Sequence record: NC_015287.1
Direction: 5' to 3' (one strand)
Length of the DNA stretch: 64,000 bases
Shown here: positions 1 to 10,404 of the stretch, piece after piece
Numbering within the stretch: the first letter of the stretch is position 1
Layout: every line of letters starts with the position of its first letter
The notes under the pieces: model-generated
The model's database searches: none
The model's input: the letters and a program-made list of their open reading frames with translations, nothing else
Told to the model about the DNA's origin: nothing
Made by a program: the position numbers and the translations under genes

Positions 1-2
1 CT

Positions 3-1616
3 AACGAGGATTCGTCGGACTATTATGTCTCGAGCGGATTCTATGGGCAGTACGTTGATATTGATGGTGTATTTAAGTCTGAGTTTGAGTTAATAAAAAG
101 ATATAGAGAAATGGCACTGCATCCCGAAGTGGATAGTGCCATTGAAGATATTATAAATGAAGCAATAGTTTCAGATCAGAATGATTCTCCAGTCGAAATC
201 GATTTGGAGAATCTTCCAGCATCTAAGCAACTTAAAGATCTCATAAGAGAAGAGTTCAAAACAGTCAAGGAGATTTTGAACTTCGATGATAAGTGTCATG
301 AGATTCTTAGGAACTGGTATGTTGATGGAAGAATCTATTACCATAAGGTAATTGATATCAAAGCGCCAGAAGAAGGTATTAAAGAAGTAAGATATATTGA
401 CCCACTTAAGATTAAGTTGGTAAGGAAACTCAAGACAGATAATTCATTAAGAGGAGCAATCAATCAGGTAAATTCTAAGAACCCTGCTGATATTGAGAAT
501 CCAGAGATAGAAGAGTATTACCAGTATGATCCTAGTCAGACACAAGGTAAAAATGCCTTGGGTGCTATTGGTCAAACTCCCTTCTCTACCAAACAAAGAC
601 CAGTAAAGATTGCACCTGATGCTATTTCTTTCTGTCACTCTGGTTTGGTTGATAGAAATAAACAGACTATTCTTTCTTACTTACATAAGTCAATCAAGGC
701 ACTCAATCAACTTAGAATGATTGAGGACTCTCTTGTTATCTACAGGTTGAGTCGTGCTCCAGAAAGAAGAATTTTCTATATTGATGTAGGTAACTTACCT
801 AAGATGAAAGCGGAACAATACCTCAAAGAGGTAATGAACCGTTATAGAAATAAACTCGTCTATGACGCATCTACAGGAGAAATAAGAGATGACAGAAAAC
901 ACATGTCCATGCTCGAAGACTTCTGGTTACCCAGAAGAGAGGGTGGCAGAGGAACTGAGATCACTACGTTGCCAGGTGGACAAAATCTTGGCGAACTTAG
1001 CGACATCGAGTACTTCCAAAAGAAACTATACCGATCACTAGGAGTTCCAGAATCTCGTATCGCTGGATCTGGTGATGGATTCAATCTTGGTAGATCCTCT
1101 GAGATCTTAAGAGATGAGATCAAGTTTACAAAGTTTGTTGGCAGAATGAGAAAAAGATTCTCACATCTGTTCAACGACATGTTGAAGACACAGTTAATTC
1201 TAAAAAACATTGTTACCCCAGAAGATTGGGAAGTACTTGGAGATCATATTCAGTATGACTTTGTGTATGACAATCACTTTGCAGAACTTAAAGAGACAGA
1301 ACTACTCAACGAAAGACTTGGTGTTGTTGCCGCTGTTGATCCTTATGTTGGTAAATACTTCTCACTTGATTATGTGAGAAGAAAAATCCTCAAGCAAAAG
1401 GATGAGGAGGTCATTGAGATCGACAAGCAAATGGAGAAGGAAATCAAGGATGGCAAACTCGCTGATCCTATGGAAGTACAACAACTTCAACTTGGAGTTC
1501 ATCCCGAACAGATGCCTGGTGGTGCAATGAATCCACAAGATCCAAACATGGGTGGAGCACCTCAAGAAGGTGGTGCAGAACAAGCTCCACAGATGCCAGA
1601 AGGCGGGGAAATATAA
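3..1616 (+). CDS. gp20: Portal protein (5'-truncated by window edge)
   Basis: T4 gp20 motifs YRLSRAPERRIFYIDVGNLP and EDFWLPRREGGRGTEI. The frame is open from the window start (NEDSSDYYVSSGFYG...). Confidence 0.97.
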   Translation, partial: NEDSSDYYVSSGFYGQYVDIDGVFKSEFELIKRYREMALHPEVDSAIEDIINEAIVSDQNDSPVEIDLENLPASKQLKDLIREEFKTVKEILNFDDKCHEILRNWYVDGRIYYHKVIDIKAPEEGIKEVRYIDPLKIKLVRKLKTDNSLRGAINQVNSKNPADIENPEIEEYYQYDPSQTQGKNALGAIGQTPFSTKQRPVKIAPDAISFCHSGLVDRNKQTILSYLHKSIKALNQLRMIEDSLVIYRLSRAPERRIFYIDVGNLPKMKAEQYLKEVMNRYRNKLVYDASTGEIRDDRKHMSMLEDFWLPRREGGRGTEITTLPGGQNLGELSDIEYFQKKLYRSLGVPESRIAGSGDGFNLGRSSEILRDEIKFTKFVGRMRKRFSHLFNDMLKTQLILKNIVTPEDWEVLGDHIQYDFVYDNHFAELKETELLNERLGVVAAVDPYVGKYFSLDYVRRKILKQKDEEVIEIDKQMEKEIKDGKLADPMEVQQLQLGVHPEQMPGGAMNPQDPNMGGAPQEGGAEQAPQMPEGGEI

Positions 1617-1619
1617 ATA
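1612..1619 (+). promoter_or_regulatory. T4-type late promoter TATAAATA
   Basis: Exact gp55-dependent consensus upstream of the prohead core/protease genes. Confidence 0.75.
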
Positions 1620-1647
1620 ATACTAGTCTAATTCTATATTAACACTT

Positions 1648-1950
1648 ATGGATAATGATTTACTTGATATGATTGCTGCAGGGCAAGATGGATCTGCAAC
1701 TGAGATTCATGATAAGATCAAAGAGATCTTATATAACAAGGCTGCGGAAAACATTGACCTTGTGAAACCAGCTGTCACTGCTGACATGTTTGGTGGACCT
1801 AATCCTCATTTGAATGATGAGGAAGAACAGGAGGTTGAAGACGAAGCTCCTGGCACACCTAGTTCTGTTGAGGATACAGCAGAAGTTGAAGAGCCTGTCG
1901 CTGAGGCAGAACCTGTAGATGATGAAGTAGAAGAACAACCTGAGGCTTAA
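1648..1950 (+). CDS. Acidic prohead core protein (gp67-like)
   Basis: Lies between portal and protease; very Glu-rich C-terminus. Assignment is mainly by synteny. Confidence 0.55.
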   Translation: MDNDLLDMIAAGQDGSATEIHDKIKEILYNKAAENIDLVKPAVTADMFGGPNPHLNDEEEQEVEDEAPGTPSSVEDTAEVEEPVAEAEPVDDEVEEQPEA

Positions 1951-1951
1951 C

Positions 1952-2686
1952 ATGAAACTCATCACGGAAGAGATCGAAACCGCTAAGGTTCTTGTCGAAG
2001 AAAAAGACGGCAAGAAATCTATGTTCATTGAAGGTGTTTTCTTACAAGGAAACCTCAAGAACAGGAACGGTCGTTTCTATCCTGTTGAAACTCTCGAAAG
2101 AGAAGTCACAAGATACAACGAAGCTTTCGTTGGAAAAGGACGAGCTCTTGGTGAGTTAGGACACCCCGAAGGTCCTACTGTTAACCTAGACAGGGTATCC
2201 CACAAGATTGTAGACCTCCACAAAGAGGGAACTAATTTTGTAGGAAAAGCAAAGCTTTTAGAAACACCAATGGGTGTCATCGCCAAGAGTCTTATTGACG
2301 AAGGCGTACAACTTGGAGTTTCTTCTAGAGGCATGGGAAGTCTCAAAGACACTAGCGAAGGCTATAAAGTTGTTGGTGAGGACTTCATGCTTGCAACTGC
2401 AGCTGACATAGTTGCAGATCCTTCAGCACCAGACGCATTTGTGAATGGTATTATGGAGGGAGTTGATTGGATCTGGGAAGCTGGAATCCTAAAAGCAAAA
2501 GCATCTGAGATTAAAGTAATAGAAGAAAAAACTATTACTCATCCCAGCGTTGCAGTCGCTGAGCCTGAAAAGGCAGTGGAGGAAGTCATTGAGAAGACCC
2601 AAAAAACTATAAATAAATTAGTAGATCAAGGTCAACTTGACGAGAAGAAGTTGGAAATCTTCCAAAACTTCTTATCAAATCTTTGA
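1952..2686 (+). CDS. gp21: Prohead core protease
   Basis: MKLITE start, GELGHP and LGVSSRGMGSL catalytic motifs, ADPSAPDAFV. Confidence 0.95.
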   Translation: MKLITEEIETAKVLVEEKDGKKSMFIEGVFLQGNLKNRNGRFYPVETLEREVTRYNEAFVGKGRALGELGHPEGPTVNLDRVSHKIVDLHKEGTNFVGKAKLLETPMGVIAKSLIDEGVQLGVSSRGMGSLKDTSEGYKVVGEDFMLATAADIVADPSAPDAFVNGIMEGVDWIWEAGILKAKASEIKVIEEKTITHPSVAVAEPEKAVEEVIEKTQKTINKLVDQGQLDEKKLEIFQNFLSNL

Positions 2687-2689
2687 TTT

Positions 2690-2697
2690 AATAAATA
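2690..2697 (+). promoter_or_regulatory. Late promoter variant AATAAATA
   Basis: ATAAATA core in the gp21-gp22 intergenic gap. Confidence 0.55.
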
Positions 2698-2746
2698 AAC
2701 ATAGATTATACGATATCTAAACACGTTTTACGACGGAGAGTTCAAA

Positions 2747-3835
2747 ATGTCCCGTGGAGATTTACAAGAAATGGATGTAAAGACACAGCAATCTAATACC
2801 GCTGTAAATAGTGGAGCAGCAAAAGGCGATCCTATGCCTACTACTCCTAATTACGTTCCTGATGGTCAAGGTTCCGTTGAAGATCTTGGTGGTCCTACGC
2901 CTGAGAACTCAAAGCCTGACGACAACAGTAACATGCTTAAAACGCCAACTGCGACTATTAAGCAAGTTAAAGACGTAATCACTAAAAACGCTGGTAAAGC
3001 TGATCCAATGCCAACTGCACCTAAGTATGCCGAAGAGGCAGAAGCCGACGAATCAAAAGAAGTTGTTGCTGAAGAGGAATCTACAGAAGCAACTGAGGAA
3101 ACAGTCGATCTAAACGCTGCCATCGAAGAAGATGTCAACGCACTTCTTTCTGGAGAAGACCTCTCAGAGGAATTCAAAGAAAAGGCTAAGGTGATTTTTG
3201 AGGCATCTATCAATGCTAAAATCACAGATATCGAGAATCAGTTAAACGAAGAGTATGAGAAAGCACTCAACGAACAGGTTGAGGAAATCAAAGTCGAACT
3301 CACTGAGAGAACTGACGCATACTTGGAGTACGTTGCCGATGAATGGATGAAGGAAAACGCTCTCGCAGTCGAAAGAGGAATCAAGACTGAGATGACAGAA
3401 TCATTCATGGAAGGCATGAAAAAGCTTTTTGAAGAACATTATGTAACTTTACCTGAAGACAAATATGATGTCCTAGAAAACATGGTGGACAAGCTTGATG
3501 AAATGGAGACGAAGCTCAACGAGCAGATAGAAAAGAACGTTGCACTCAACCAGAGACTTGGTGAGTCAACCGCTCAGACTGTCTTTAACAATGTTGCTGA
3601 GGGTCTTGCAGTTTCTCAGAAAGAGAAATTGAAAACTCTTGCAGAAAGTGTTGAGTTTGAAAGTGAAGAATCCTATCGTGGAAAGATCGAAACTCTGAAA
3701 GAATCTTATTTCGGACAGAAGAAGACCACATCCACAGCGTCCGCTCCTCAAGAATTGAAAGAAGAAGCAGAACACGTTGAGCCAGCTACTGGTGCAATGG
3801 CTGCTTATCTTGATGCACTTGGACGTATGAAATAG
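2747..3835 (+). CDS. gp22: Prohead scaffold protein
   Basis: Acidic coiled-coil with FKEKAKVIFEA and YLEYVADEW; immediately upstream of the major capsid gene. Confidence 0.93.
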   Translation: MSRGDLQEMDVKTQQSNTAVNSGAAKGDPMPTTPNYVPDGQGSVEDLGGPTPENSKPDDNSNMLKTPTATIKQVKDVITKNAGKADPMPTAPKYAEEAEADESKEVVAEEESTEATEETVDLNAAIEEDVNALLSGEDLSEEFKEKAKVIFEASINAKITDIENQLNEEYEKALNEQVEEIKVELTERTDAYLEYVADEWMKENALAVERGIKTEMTESFMEGMKKLFEEHYVTLPEDKYDVLENMVDKLDEMETKLNEQIEKNVALNQRLGESTAQTVFNNVAEGLAVSQKEKLKTLAESVEFESEESYRGKIETLKESYFGQKKTTSTASAPQELKEEAEHVEPATGAMAAYLDALGRMK

Positions 3836-3871
3836 GAACTCGTTAATTTTTAACTAACAACTCTTAGACCG

Positions 3872-5278
3872 ATGCAACAAAACATCAATTATCAACAACT
3901 CACTGAAAAGTGGGCTCCCCTTCTCGATCACGAAGGGTCAGATCCAATTAAAGACGCACATAGAAGAAACGTTACTGCGGTTCTTCTCGAAAACCAAGAG
4001 CAAATGCTCAGAGAAGAGAATGCTTTCCAGTCTTTGACTGAGGCATCTCCTACTAACTCCGCTGGAACTGGTGGATTTAGTGGTTCTGCTGCTGCAGCAG
4101 GTCCTGTTGCTGGTTTCGACCCTGTGTTGATTAGTCTTATCAGACGTGCAATGCCTAACTTGGTCGCATATGACCTTGCTGGTGTTCAACCAATGTCTGG
4201 TCCTACAGGACTTATCTTCGCAATGAGATCCAGATTCACTAATCAGAGTGGAACTGAGGCTCTCTTCGATGAACCAGATACAAGCTTCTCTGGACAGAAC
4301 TCCTCTCAGAACCTTACAGGTGGCATGACAGATGTTGCCGCTGGTTTCGGTACTACATCTTCTCCTAACGGAACAAACCCTGGCGTTCTTAACCCTGTTG
4401 GTTCCGCAACTACTACTGACTACTCTGTTGGTCAGGGTATGGTTACTGGAGAGGCTGAGGCATTAGGAGACGCTGCTGCTAACGCTTTCCAAGAGATGGC
4501 ATTCAGCATCGAGAAAGTTACTGTGACTGCGAAGTCCAGAGCACTCAAAGCTGAGTACAGTTTAGAATTGGCTCAAGACCTTAAGGCAATTCACGGATTA
4601 AACGCTGAGTCTGAACTCGCAAACATTCTCTCTACTGAGATTCTTGCTGAGATCAACCGCGAAGTTATCCGTACTATCTACAAGGTCGCAGAACAAGGTG
4701 CAACAATCAACACTGCAACTGCTGGAACATTCGACTTAGACACTGACTCCAACGGTCGTTGGTCAGTTGAGAAGTTCAAGGGACTTCTATTCCAGATCGA
4801 AAGAGATGCGAACCAAATCGCACAAAGAACTCGTCGCGGAAAGGGCAACGTGGTTCTCTGCTCTGCCGACGTTGCTTCAGCTCTTACAATGGCTGGAATC
4901 CTTGATTACACCCCTGCACTTAACGCTAACTTAAACGTTGACGACACTGGCAACACATTTGCTGGTACTCTTGCTGGTAAGTACAAAGTTTACATCGATC
5001 CTTTCGCTGCAAACAATGACGCTAATCAGTACTACGTTGTTGGTTACAAGGGTACTAACCCTTATGACGCTGGACTGTTCTACTGCCCTTACGTTCCTCT
5101 TCAGATGGTTCGTGCTGTGGGTCAGGACACCTTCCAACCAAAAATTGGCTTCAAGACTCGTTACGGAATCGTTGCAAACCCATTTGCCGAAGGTAACGTA
5201 TCTAACCAAGGACTTGGAAGACTTCTTTCCAACGCTAACCGCTACTACAGAAGAGTCAAGGTTGCAAACCTTATGTAA
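3872..5278 (+). CDS. gp23: Major capsid protein
   Basis: GVQPMSGPTGLIFAMR, KSRALKAEYS, YCPYVPLQM, FQPKIGFKTRYG; probable gp21 cleavage at LTE/A. Confidence 0.98.
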   Translation: MQQNINYQQLTEKWAPLLDHEGSDPIKDAHRRNVTAVLLENQEQMLREENAFQSLTEASPTNSAGTGGFSGSAAAAGPVAGFDPVLISLIRRAMPNLVAYDLAGVQPMSGPTGLIFAMRSRFTNQSGTEALFDEPDTSFSGQNSSQNLTGGMTDVAAGFGTTSSPNGTNPGVLNPVGSATTTDYSVGQGMVTGEAEALGDAAANAFQEMAFSIEKVTVTAKSRALKAEYSLELAQDLKAIHGLNAESELANILSTEILAEINREVIRTIYKVAEQGATINTATAGTFDLDTDSNGRWSVEKFKGLLFQIERDANQIAQRTRRGKGNVVLCSADVASALTMAGILDYTPALNANLNVDDTGNTFAGTLAGKYKVYIDPFAANNDANQYYVVGYKGTNPYDAGLFYCPYVPLQMVRAVGQDTFQPKIGFKTRYGIVANPFAEGNVSNQGLGRLLSNANRYYRRVKVANLM

Positions 5279-5301
5279 TTCGGATATTACAATCTTCACA
5301 G

Positions 5302-5328
5302 AGAGACCCGAAAGGGTCTCTTTTTTTT
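5302..5328 (+). terminator. Rho-independent terminator after gp23
   Basis: AGAGACCC-GAAA-GGGTCTCT stem followed by a T-run. Confidence 0.9.
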
Positions 5329-5363
5329 GTGCCTATATAGTAAGCACTATATTGTGTGAAATT

Positions 5364-5987
5364 ATGACACAACCAAACAGTAAGTGGAAGTGGATCGCTA
5401 TAGGCACTGTGGGTAGTCTCTTTGCAGTATCACATATCGGTATGATAGGTATGTTGAGTCAAAGAGGATCTAAGTTACCACAGATTAACTTACCTGTAGG
5501 TGACTATACCTCTTATAGAGCAGACGTAAGCGAAGAAGGATATCGTATCGACTATAAGGGTAATGACCCTACAGTGATGCGTGTGGAAAGGGATAGAAAT
5601 GTAAAAGGCGGTTTTCTGGGATTGGGTAACAATAAAATCAGAACCGTTGAGGAGTATACTATGGACGGAGCTCACCACCAAGGAGGATCGACATCCAACC
5701 CAAGATCTTGGCAAGACAACACCAACGGAGGAGGAGAGTCGGGAAAGCTCACTGCCCAACAAGTCGAGTGTATCGAGGCGGTCGGTGGTGGAAAGCAGAC
5801 TGGCAGAGTTGTTGGGACTAGTATTGGTACTGCTGCTGCCCCTGCCGTTGTTAATATTCCCTTTGTTGGGTGGCTTGCTGCTGGTTGGATCGCGATGTTC
5901 GGAGGAAACCAAGGAGCGGAAATAGGTGGTAACATGGCTTCTGAACTTGCAGATGCCTGTGAGGATCCCGAATTGTCAGATAAATAA
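5364..5987 (+). CDS. Membrane protein with C-terminal glycine zipper
   Basis: N-terminal hydrophobic segment; GxxxGxxxG helices at the C-terminus. The true start is the ATG at 5364, not 4938. Confidence 0.75.
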   Translation: MTQPNSKWKWIAIGTVGSLFAVSHIGMIGMLSQRGSKLPQINLPVGDYTSYRADVSEEGYRIDYKGNDPTVMRVERDRNVKGGFLGLGNNKIRTVEEYTMDGAHHQGGSTSNPRSWQDNTNGGGESGKLTAQQVECIEAVGGGKQTGRVVGTSIGTAAAPAVVNIPFVGWLAAGWIAMFGGNQGAEIGGNMASELADACEDPELSDK

Positions 5988-5998
5988 AGATAAAAACC

Positions 5999-6559
5999 AT
6001 GGCAAGGCAAGAAAAAAGAGATCAAAATCTTTTTGATCGACAGATCAGTAATAGAAATTTCCTGTCTCCAGCTGGATTCAAATTTACTTTGCAGAAAGCT
6101 CCAAAGGTTGATTTCTTTTCCAAGTCGGTTTCCATACCTAACCTAACTCTAGGTGCTGCGGTTCAAAGCACTTACTTCAGAGACATCCCTGTTCCTGGCG
6201 ATAAGTTGCAGTATGGTGATCTGGATGTAGAATTCTTTATAGATGAGAATCTAGAAAACTATTTACAAATTGAACAATGGATGAGGGGTCTTGGATTTCC
6301 TGAGTCCTTCTCAGAGGCAATAGATCTAGATCCTCAAGTAACAGATCTCATAAACGCGGCCAGATCTGATGGATCGATCTTCGTTTATAACAGTAGTTTC
6401 AATCCCATTGCTAGGATTGACTTCAAAGATCTGTTCCCTACTGCTTTAACACCAGTTCCATTTAGCGCTGATGTAACTGATATAAATTATATTGTAGCGA
6501 CTGCTACTTTCAAATATACTATTTTTAATGTGGAGAGTCTACTAAAGGATGAATCTTGA
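5999..6559 (+). CDS. gp3: Tail tube terminator / tail completion protein
   Basis: NRNFLSPAGFKFTL and F.DLFPT.L...F motifs; canonical position before uvsY; ATAAATA at 5980-5986. Confidence 0.8.
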   Translation: MARQEKRDQNLFDRQISNRNFLSPAGFKFTLQKAPKVDFFSKSVSIPNLTLGAAVQSTYFRDIPVPGDKLQYGDLDVEFFIDENLENYLQIEQWMRGLGFPESFSEAIDLDPQVTDLINAARSDGSIFVYNSSFNPIARIDFKDLFPTALTPVPFSADVTDINYIVATATFKYTIFNVESLLKDES

Positions 6560-6974
6560 ATTTATACAAGACTTATGGGATAAAGATTCCATAATTGATA
6601 ATGAATTACTACACAACGAATCAACAAAAATACCCGCTTTACACGCAAAATACTACAAAATTTACACCAACATCCTGACACTACAGAAAGCTCAGGAAAC
6701 TCAGTATAAGATTTTAAAGAAAGAGAAGTGGATATATTATAGTGGCAAGGCATCACCAGAGGTGTATGCAGAAAATCCGTTTGACTATAAAGTTTTAAAA
6801 GCAGACTTAGACAAATACTTCGATGCAGATCAAGACCTCATTAGGTGTACTGCAAAGATAGAATATTATCAGATCATGTTGGATTATCTTGATAGTATTC
6901 TCAAGGTTATACAGAATCGAACGTATCAAATTAAAAATGCCATTGAGTGGCAACGATTTACGAATGGATTATGA
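6549..6974 (+). CDS. uvsY: Recombination mediator UvsY
   Basis: IQNRTYQIKNAIEWQRF C-terminal motif; synteny gp3-uvsY-uvsW. Confidence 0.9.
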   Translation: MNLEFIQDLWDKDSIIDNELLHNESTKIPALHAKYYKIYTNILTLQKAQETQYKILKKEKWIYYSGKASPEVYAENPFDYKVLKADLDKYFDADQDLIRCTAKIEYYQIMLDYLDSILKVIQNRTYQIKNAIEWQRFTNGL

Positions 6975-8425
6975 GTGATCTTATTATTGCCAAGAAGAAT
7001 GAAGTACATCTTACGGTGGATGCACCTCCTCATGTGCAACAAGAGTTATCTGATTACTTTACCTTTGATGTTCCTGGCGCAAAATACATGCCGCAATATA
7101 GGAATAGACATTGGGATGGTAAGATCAGACTATTCTCTACTGCAACAGGAGAAGTGTATGTGGGTTTACTTGACAAGATTATTGCTTGGGCAAGAAAGTC
7201 AGACTATAGTGTAGAGTTCAAGAACAATGAGACATATGGAACTCCATTTGAAGAGAATGATGAGATATCACTTGAAGGCGTAAAAGATTATATGACTGCA
7301 ATCTCTAGTTACAAACCTAGAGACTACCAAGTACAAGGTGTATTTGATGCACTGAAGTACAATAGAAAATTAATTATATCTCCAACTGGGTCAGGTAAAT
7401 CCCTGATGATATATGCCGTTGCGAGATACCATGTAGGAAGAAAGAGAAGAATATTATTAGTTGTACCAACCACATCTCTCGTAGAACAGATGTTCAAAGA
7501 TTTCCAAGACTATGGTTGGGATGTAGAGAAGTATTGTCATAAGGTTTATGCTGGTAGGAAGAAAAGTACACAACAACGTGTAACTATATCAACGTGGCAG
7601 TCCATCTATAACATGGATAAACAATGGTTCTCACAGTTTGATGTAATCATTGGAGACGAAGCACACCAATTCAAGTCCAAGTCACTCATTGGTATCATGT
7701 CAAAACTCAAGGATACCAAGTATAGATATGGATTTACAGGAACTCTAAGTGGATCACAGACACACAAGTGGGTGCTAGAAGGATTATTTGGTCCTTCTTA
7801 CAAGGTAACTCAGACATCTGATTTACAGAAGAAAGGACAACTCGCTAAGTTAGATATCCGAATCATCTTACTTAAACATCCAGCGATTCCGTTTGATGAT
7901 TACAGAGAGGAGATGAATTATATCATAGAACATGACAAAAGAAACCTATTCATCAAGAATCTTACCCTAAGTTTGAAAGGTAACTCTCTAGTTCTATTCA
8001 GTAGAGTGGAAGCTCATGGTGAACCACTATATAATTTAATCAATGAAGGTAATGATAGAAAAGTCTTTTATGTACATGGAGGTGTAGATAGTGAAGAACG
8101 TGAAGAGGTTAGATCTATCGTCGATAGAGAAGCAGATGCGATCATTGTTGCGTCTTACGGAACTTTTTCTACAGGAATTAACATTAAGAACTTACATAAT
8201 GTCATTTTTGCATCGCCTAGCAAATCTAGAATTAGAAATCTACAAAGTATTGGTAGGGTCCTTAGAAAGGGAAAGAACAAGAACAGAGCAATGTTATATG
8301 ATATCGCAGACGACATCTCAGTCAAGAGTAAAAAGAACTACACATTGAATCATCTTATAGAACGTGTTAAGATATACAATGAAGAGAACTTTAATTATGA
8401 AATTAGAAAGGTATATTTGAAATGA
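6971..8425 (+). CDS. uvsW: SF2 DNA helicase UvsW
   Basis: Walker A PTGSGKS, DEAH, TGT, QSIGRVLR. Confidence 0.95.
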   Translation: MSDLIIAKKNEVHLTVDAPPHVQQELSDYFTFDVPGAKYMPQYRNRHWDGKIRLFSTATGEVYVGLLDKIIAWARKSDYSVEFKNNETYGTPFEENDEISLEGVKDYMTAISSYKPRDYQVQGVFDALKYNRKLIISPTGSGKSLMIYAVARYHVGRKRRILLVVPTTSLVEQMFKDFQDYGWDVEKYCHKVYAGRKKSTQQRVTISTWQSIYNMDKQWFSQFDVIIGDEAHQFKSKSLIGIMSKLKDTKYRYGFTGTLSGSQTHKWVLEGLFGPSYKVTQTSDLQKKGQLAKLDIRIILLKHPAIPFDDYREEMNYIIEHDKRNLFIKNLTLSLKGNSLVLFSRVEAHGEPLYNLINEGNDRKVFYVHGGVDSEEREEVRSIVDREADAIIVASYGTFSTGINIKNLHNVIFASPSKSRIRNLQSIGRVLRKGKNKNRAMLYDIADDISVKSKKNYTLNHLIERVKIYNEENFNYEIRKVYLK

Positions 8426-9996
8426 AAGTTTTAGGGATTTACGGTTCTATTCTATTTGATGGCACTTGTCAGGATTCATACGTTCATGATGCTGGTGCAA
8501 CTTTATTTGTAGATGGTGTTCATGTTTGCAGCATACAAGAAGAAAGATTGAGTGGATTGAAATATGACGGAAGATTTCCAGAGAAGTCCATAGATTATGT
8601 CATGGAAGGACTTGAGAAGGAAGATATAAATCTAGTCATGTTTGTGGACATTGGATTACAGGATTGGGTAAGAAGTCTAGAAAAAGATGAACCTCAAGAG
8701 TATCTACAGAGAATGTTCCCTAATGCTGAGATAGGTTTTATTTCTCATCATCAAGCACACGCTTATTCATCTATATTCACACAACCATCTGATACTGGAG
8801 TATGTATTGTAATTGATGGTGGTGGTTCTCATAACTGGGCAGAAGGTCAGTCTCTTGGATTAGAAAAATGCTCAATGGTTCTCTTCGACAAGAGAAGAAA
8901 TAAATTTAAGTATTTCCCTTTCAATGGTGAGTGGGGATTACTATATCAATACTGGTCACATCATATCTACTGTAGTAAAACTAAACAGAAGATAGATTTT
9001 CTTGATCCAAAACATCATTGTTCTTTTGCTGGAAAGATCATGGGTCTCGCAGCATATGGATCTGGTAAACACATACAAAAGTTATATGACTTTGGAACAC
9101 ACTTTCCAGAAGTCTCATTTGATATGAGAGATCCAAGACCTTATCCAATTTCTTCTTCAGACAAAGCTCAGTTATTGCAATACAATTTTGAGGAATCTCT
9201 TACAGAACTAATGTTAAGATTAGATGAAGATTACTTAGAGGGAACAATTTGTTTGACTGGCGGAGTGTTTCTTAATATCAATGCTAACACAAAAATAGTA
9301 CAGACTCTGAAGCATAAGAAGTTTCACATCACACCTTTTGTGAGTGATTGTGGTTTGTCATTTGGAGCGGCGGCGTTTGGTGCATCTTTATGGAATGAAG
9401 TTCAGGTTCCTGAAAACCTTGCTTTCTTAGGAAAGGAATATTCTACACCAAAACATTTCAAATGGAATCCCTTAGATCTTAAGAAAGTTGCAAAATATCT
9501 AGATGAGGGCAAGATAGTTGCATGGTATCAAGGAAGATCTGAGTTCGGTCCTAGGGCACTTGGAAATAGATCCATTTTGATGTCACCTAAATATAAGGAG
9601 AACAAAGATATTCTAAACGAGAAGGTAAAACATAGAGAAGAGTGGAGACCCTTTGCTGGTGTCATACTTAAGGACTATCTAAAAGACTACTTTGAAGAAG
9701 GTATTGACAGTCCGTACATGTTATATTCTCAGACGGTAAAAGAAGACAAGAGAGATGAGATCCCAGCGGTAACACATGTTGACAATACATGTAGGATTCA
9801 GACAGTCAGTGAAGGTATCTTATCTGAGTTGCTAGAAGAGTATTATAAAATCAGTGGAGTCCCTGTATTGTTGAACACTTCGTTTAACGATAGCGGTAAA
9901 CCGATAGTCGAGACTCCAGAGGATGCTATTCAATCCTTTCTAAATATGAATATAGACTACTTAGTAATGAATAACTCAATTATAGGTAAAGACTAA
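8422..9996 (+). CDS. Carbamoyltransferase (NodU/CmcH/TobZ family)
   Basis: QEERL, HHQAHA, DGGG, GKIMGLAAYG, GRSEFGPRALGNRSIL, REEWRPFA, LLNTSFN. Confidence 0.93.
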   Translation: MKVLGIYGSILFDGTCQDSYVHDAGATLFVDGVHVCSIQEERLSGLKYDGRFPEKSIDYVMEGLEKEDINLVMFVDIGLQDWVRSLEKDEPQEYLQRMFPNAEIGFISHHQAHAYSSIFTQPSDTGVCIVIDGGGSHNWAEGQSLGLEKCSMVLFDKRRNKFKYFPFNGEWGLLYQYWSHHIYCSKTKQKIDFLDPKHHCSFAGKIMGLAAYGSGKHIQKLYDFGTHFPEVSFDMRDPRPYPISSSDKAQLLQYNFEESLTELMLRLDEDYLEGTICLTGGVFLNINANTKIVQTLKHKKFHITPFVSDCGLSFGAAAFGASLWNEVQVPENLAFLGKEYSTPKHFKWNPLDLKKVAKYLDEGKIVAWYQGRSEFGPRALGNRSILMSPKYKENKDILNEKVKHREEWRPFAGVILKDYLKDYFEEGIDSPYMLYSQTVKEDKRDEIPAVTHVDNTCRIQTVSEGILSELLEEYYKISGVPVLLNTSFNDSGKPIVETPEDAIQSFLNMNIDYLVMNNSIIGKD

Positions 9997-10404
9997 ATGG
10001 AAGAGGATTTCTACGCTTCAGTTAAATTAGTATCGGGAGAGGAAATCTTCGGTGAGGTCATGCCTTCTGAGGAAAATGGTCGCACGGTTTTGATTATCAG
10101 TGACCCTGTAGAAATTGAAACGGTCAGTATGAATGGGACTCATGAGGGTCTGAGAATGATGCCGTGGTTGAGAAGTATGCCAACGGAAAGTATCATCGTC
10201 ATTCCAATGGACAGAGTAATTACTGTCGTCGAGGCTCGCGAGGATTCAGAAGTAGTAAAGTATTATCAGAAATTTATCTTCTCCAATCTCAATGGAGGTC
10301 CTGCTGAGAAGATAAAGGTCACAAAGAAGATGGGATATGTAATTTCAGTCGAACAGGCTAGAGAGAATCTAGAGAAGCTTTATAAGAAAGGCGAAGCTTC
10401 ATAG
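9997..10404 (+). CDS. Conserved cyanomyovirus hypothetical (possible Sm-like fold)
   Basis: KLVSGEEIF start motif; usual neighbour of gp55. Confidence 0.75.
   Translation: MEEDFYASVKLVSGEEIFGEVMPSEENGRTVLIISDPVEIETVSMNGTHEGLRMMPWLRSMPTESIIVIPMDRVITVVEAREDSEVVKYYQKFIFSNLNGGPAEKIKVTKKMGYVISVEQARENLEKLYKKGEAS

Noticed and set aside
2701-2720. TAGAT/ATCTA hairpin in the gp22 leader
   Set aside because: It is only a 5-bp AT-rich stem and does not cover the SD; too weak to call.
4938-5363. 349-aa ORF overlapping the end of gp23
   Set aside because: It is an off-frame extension that runs through the gp23 terminator; the sensible protein starts at ATG 5364.
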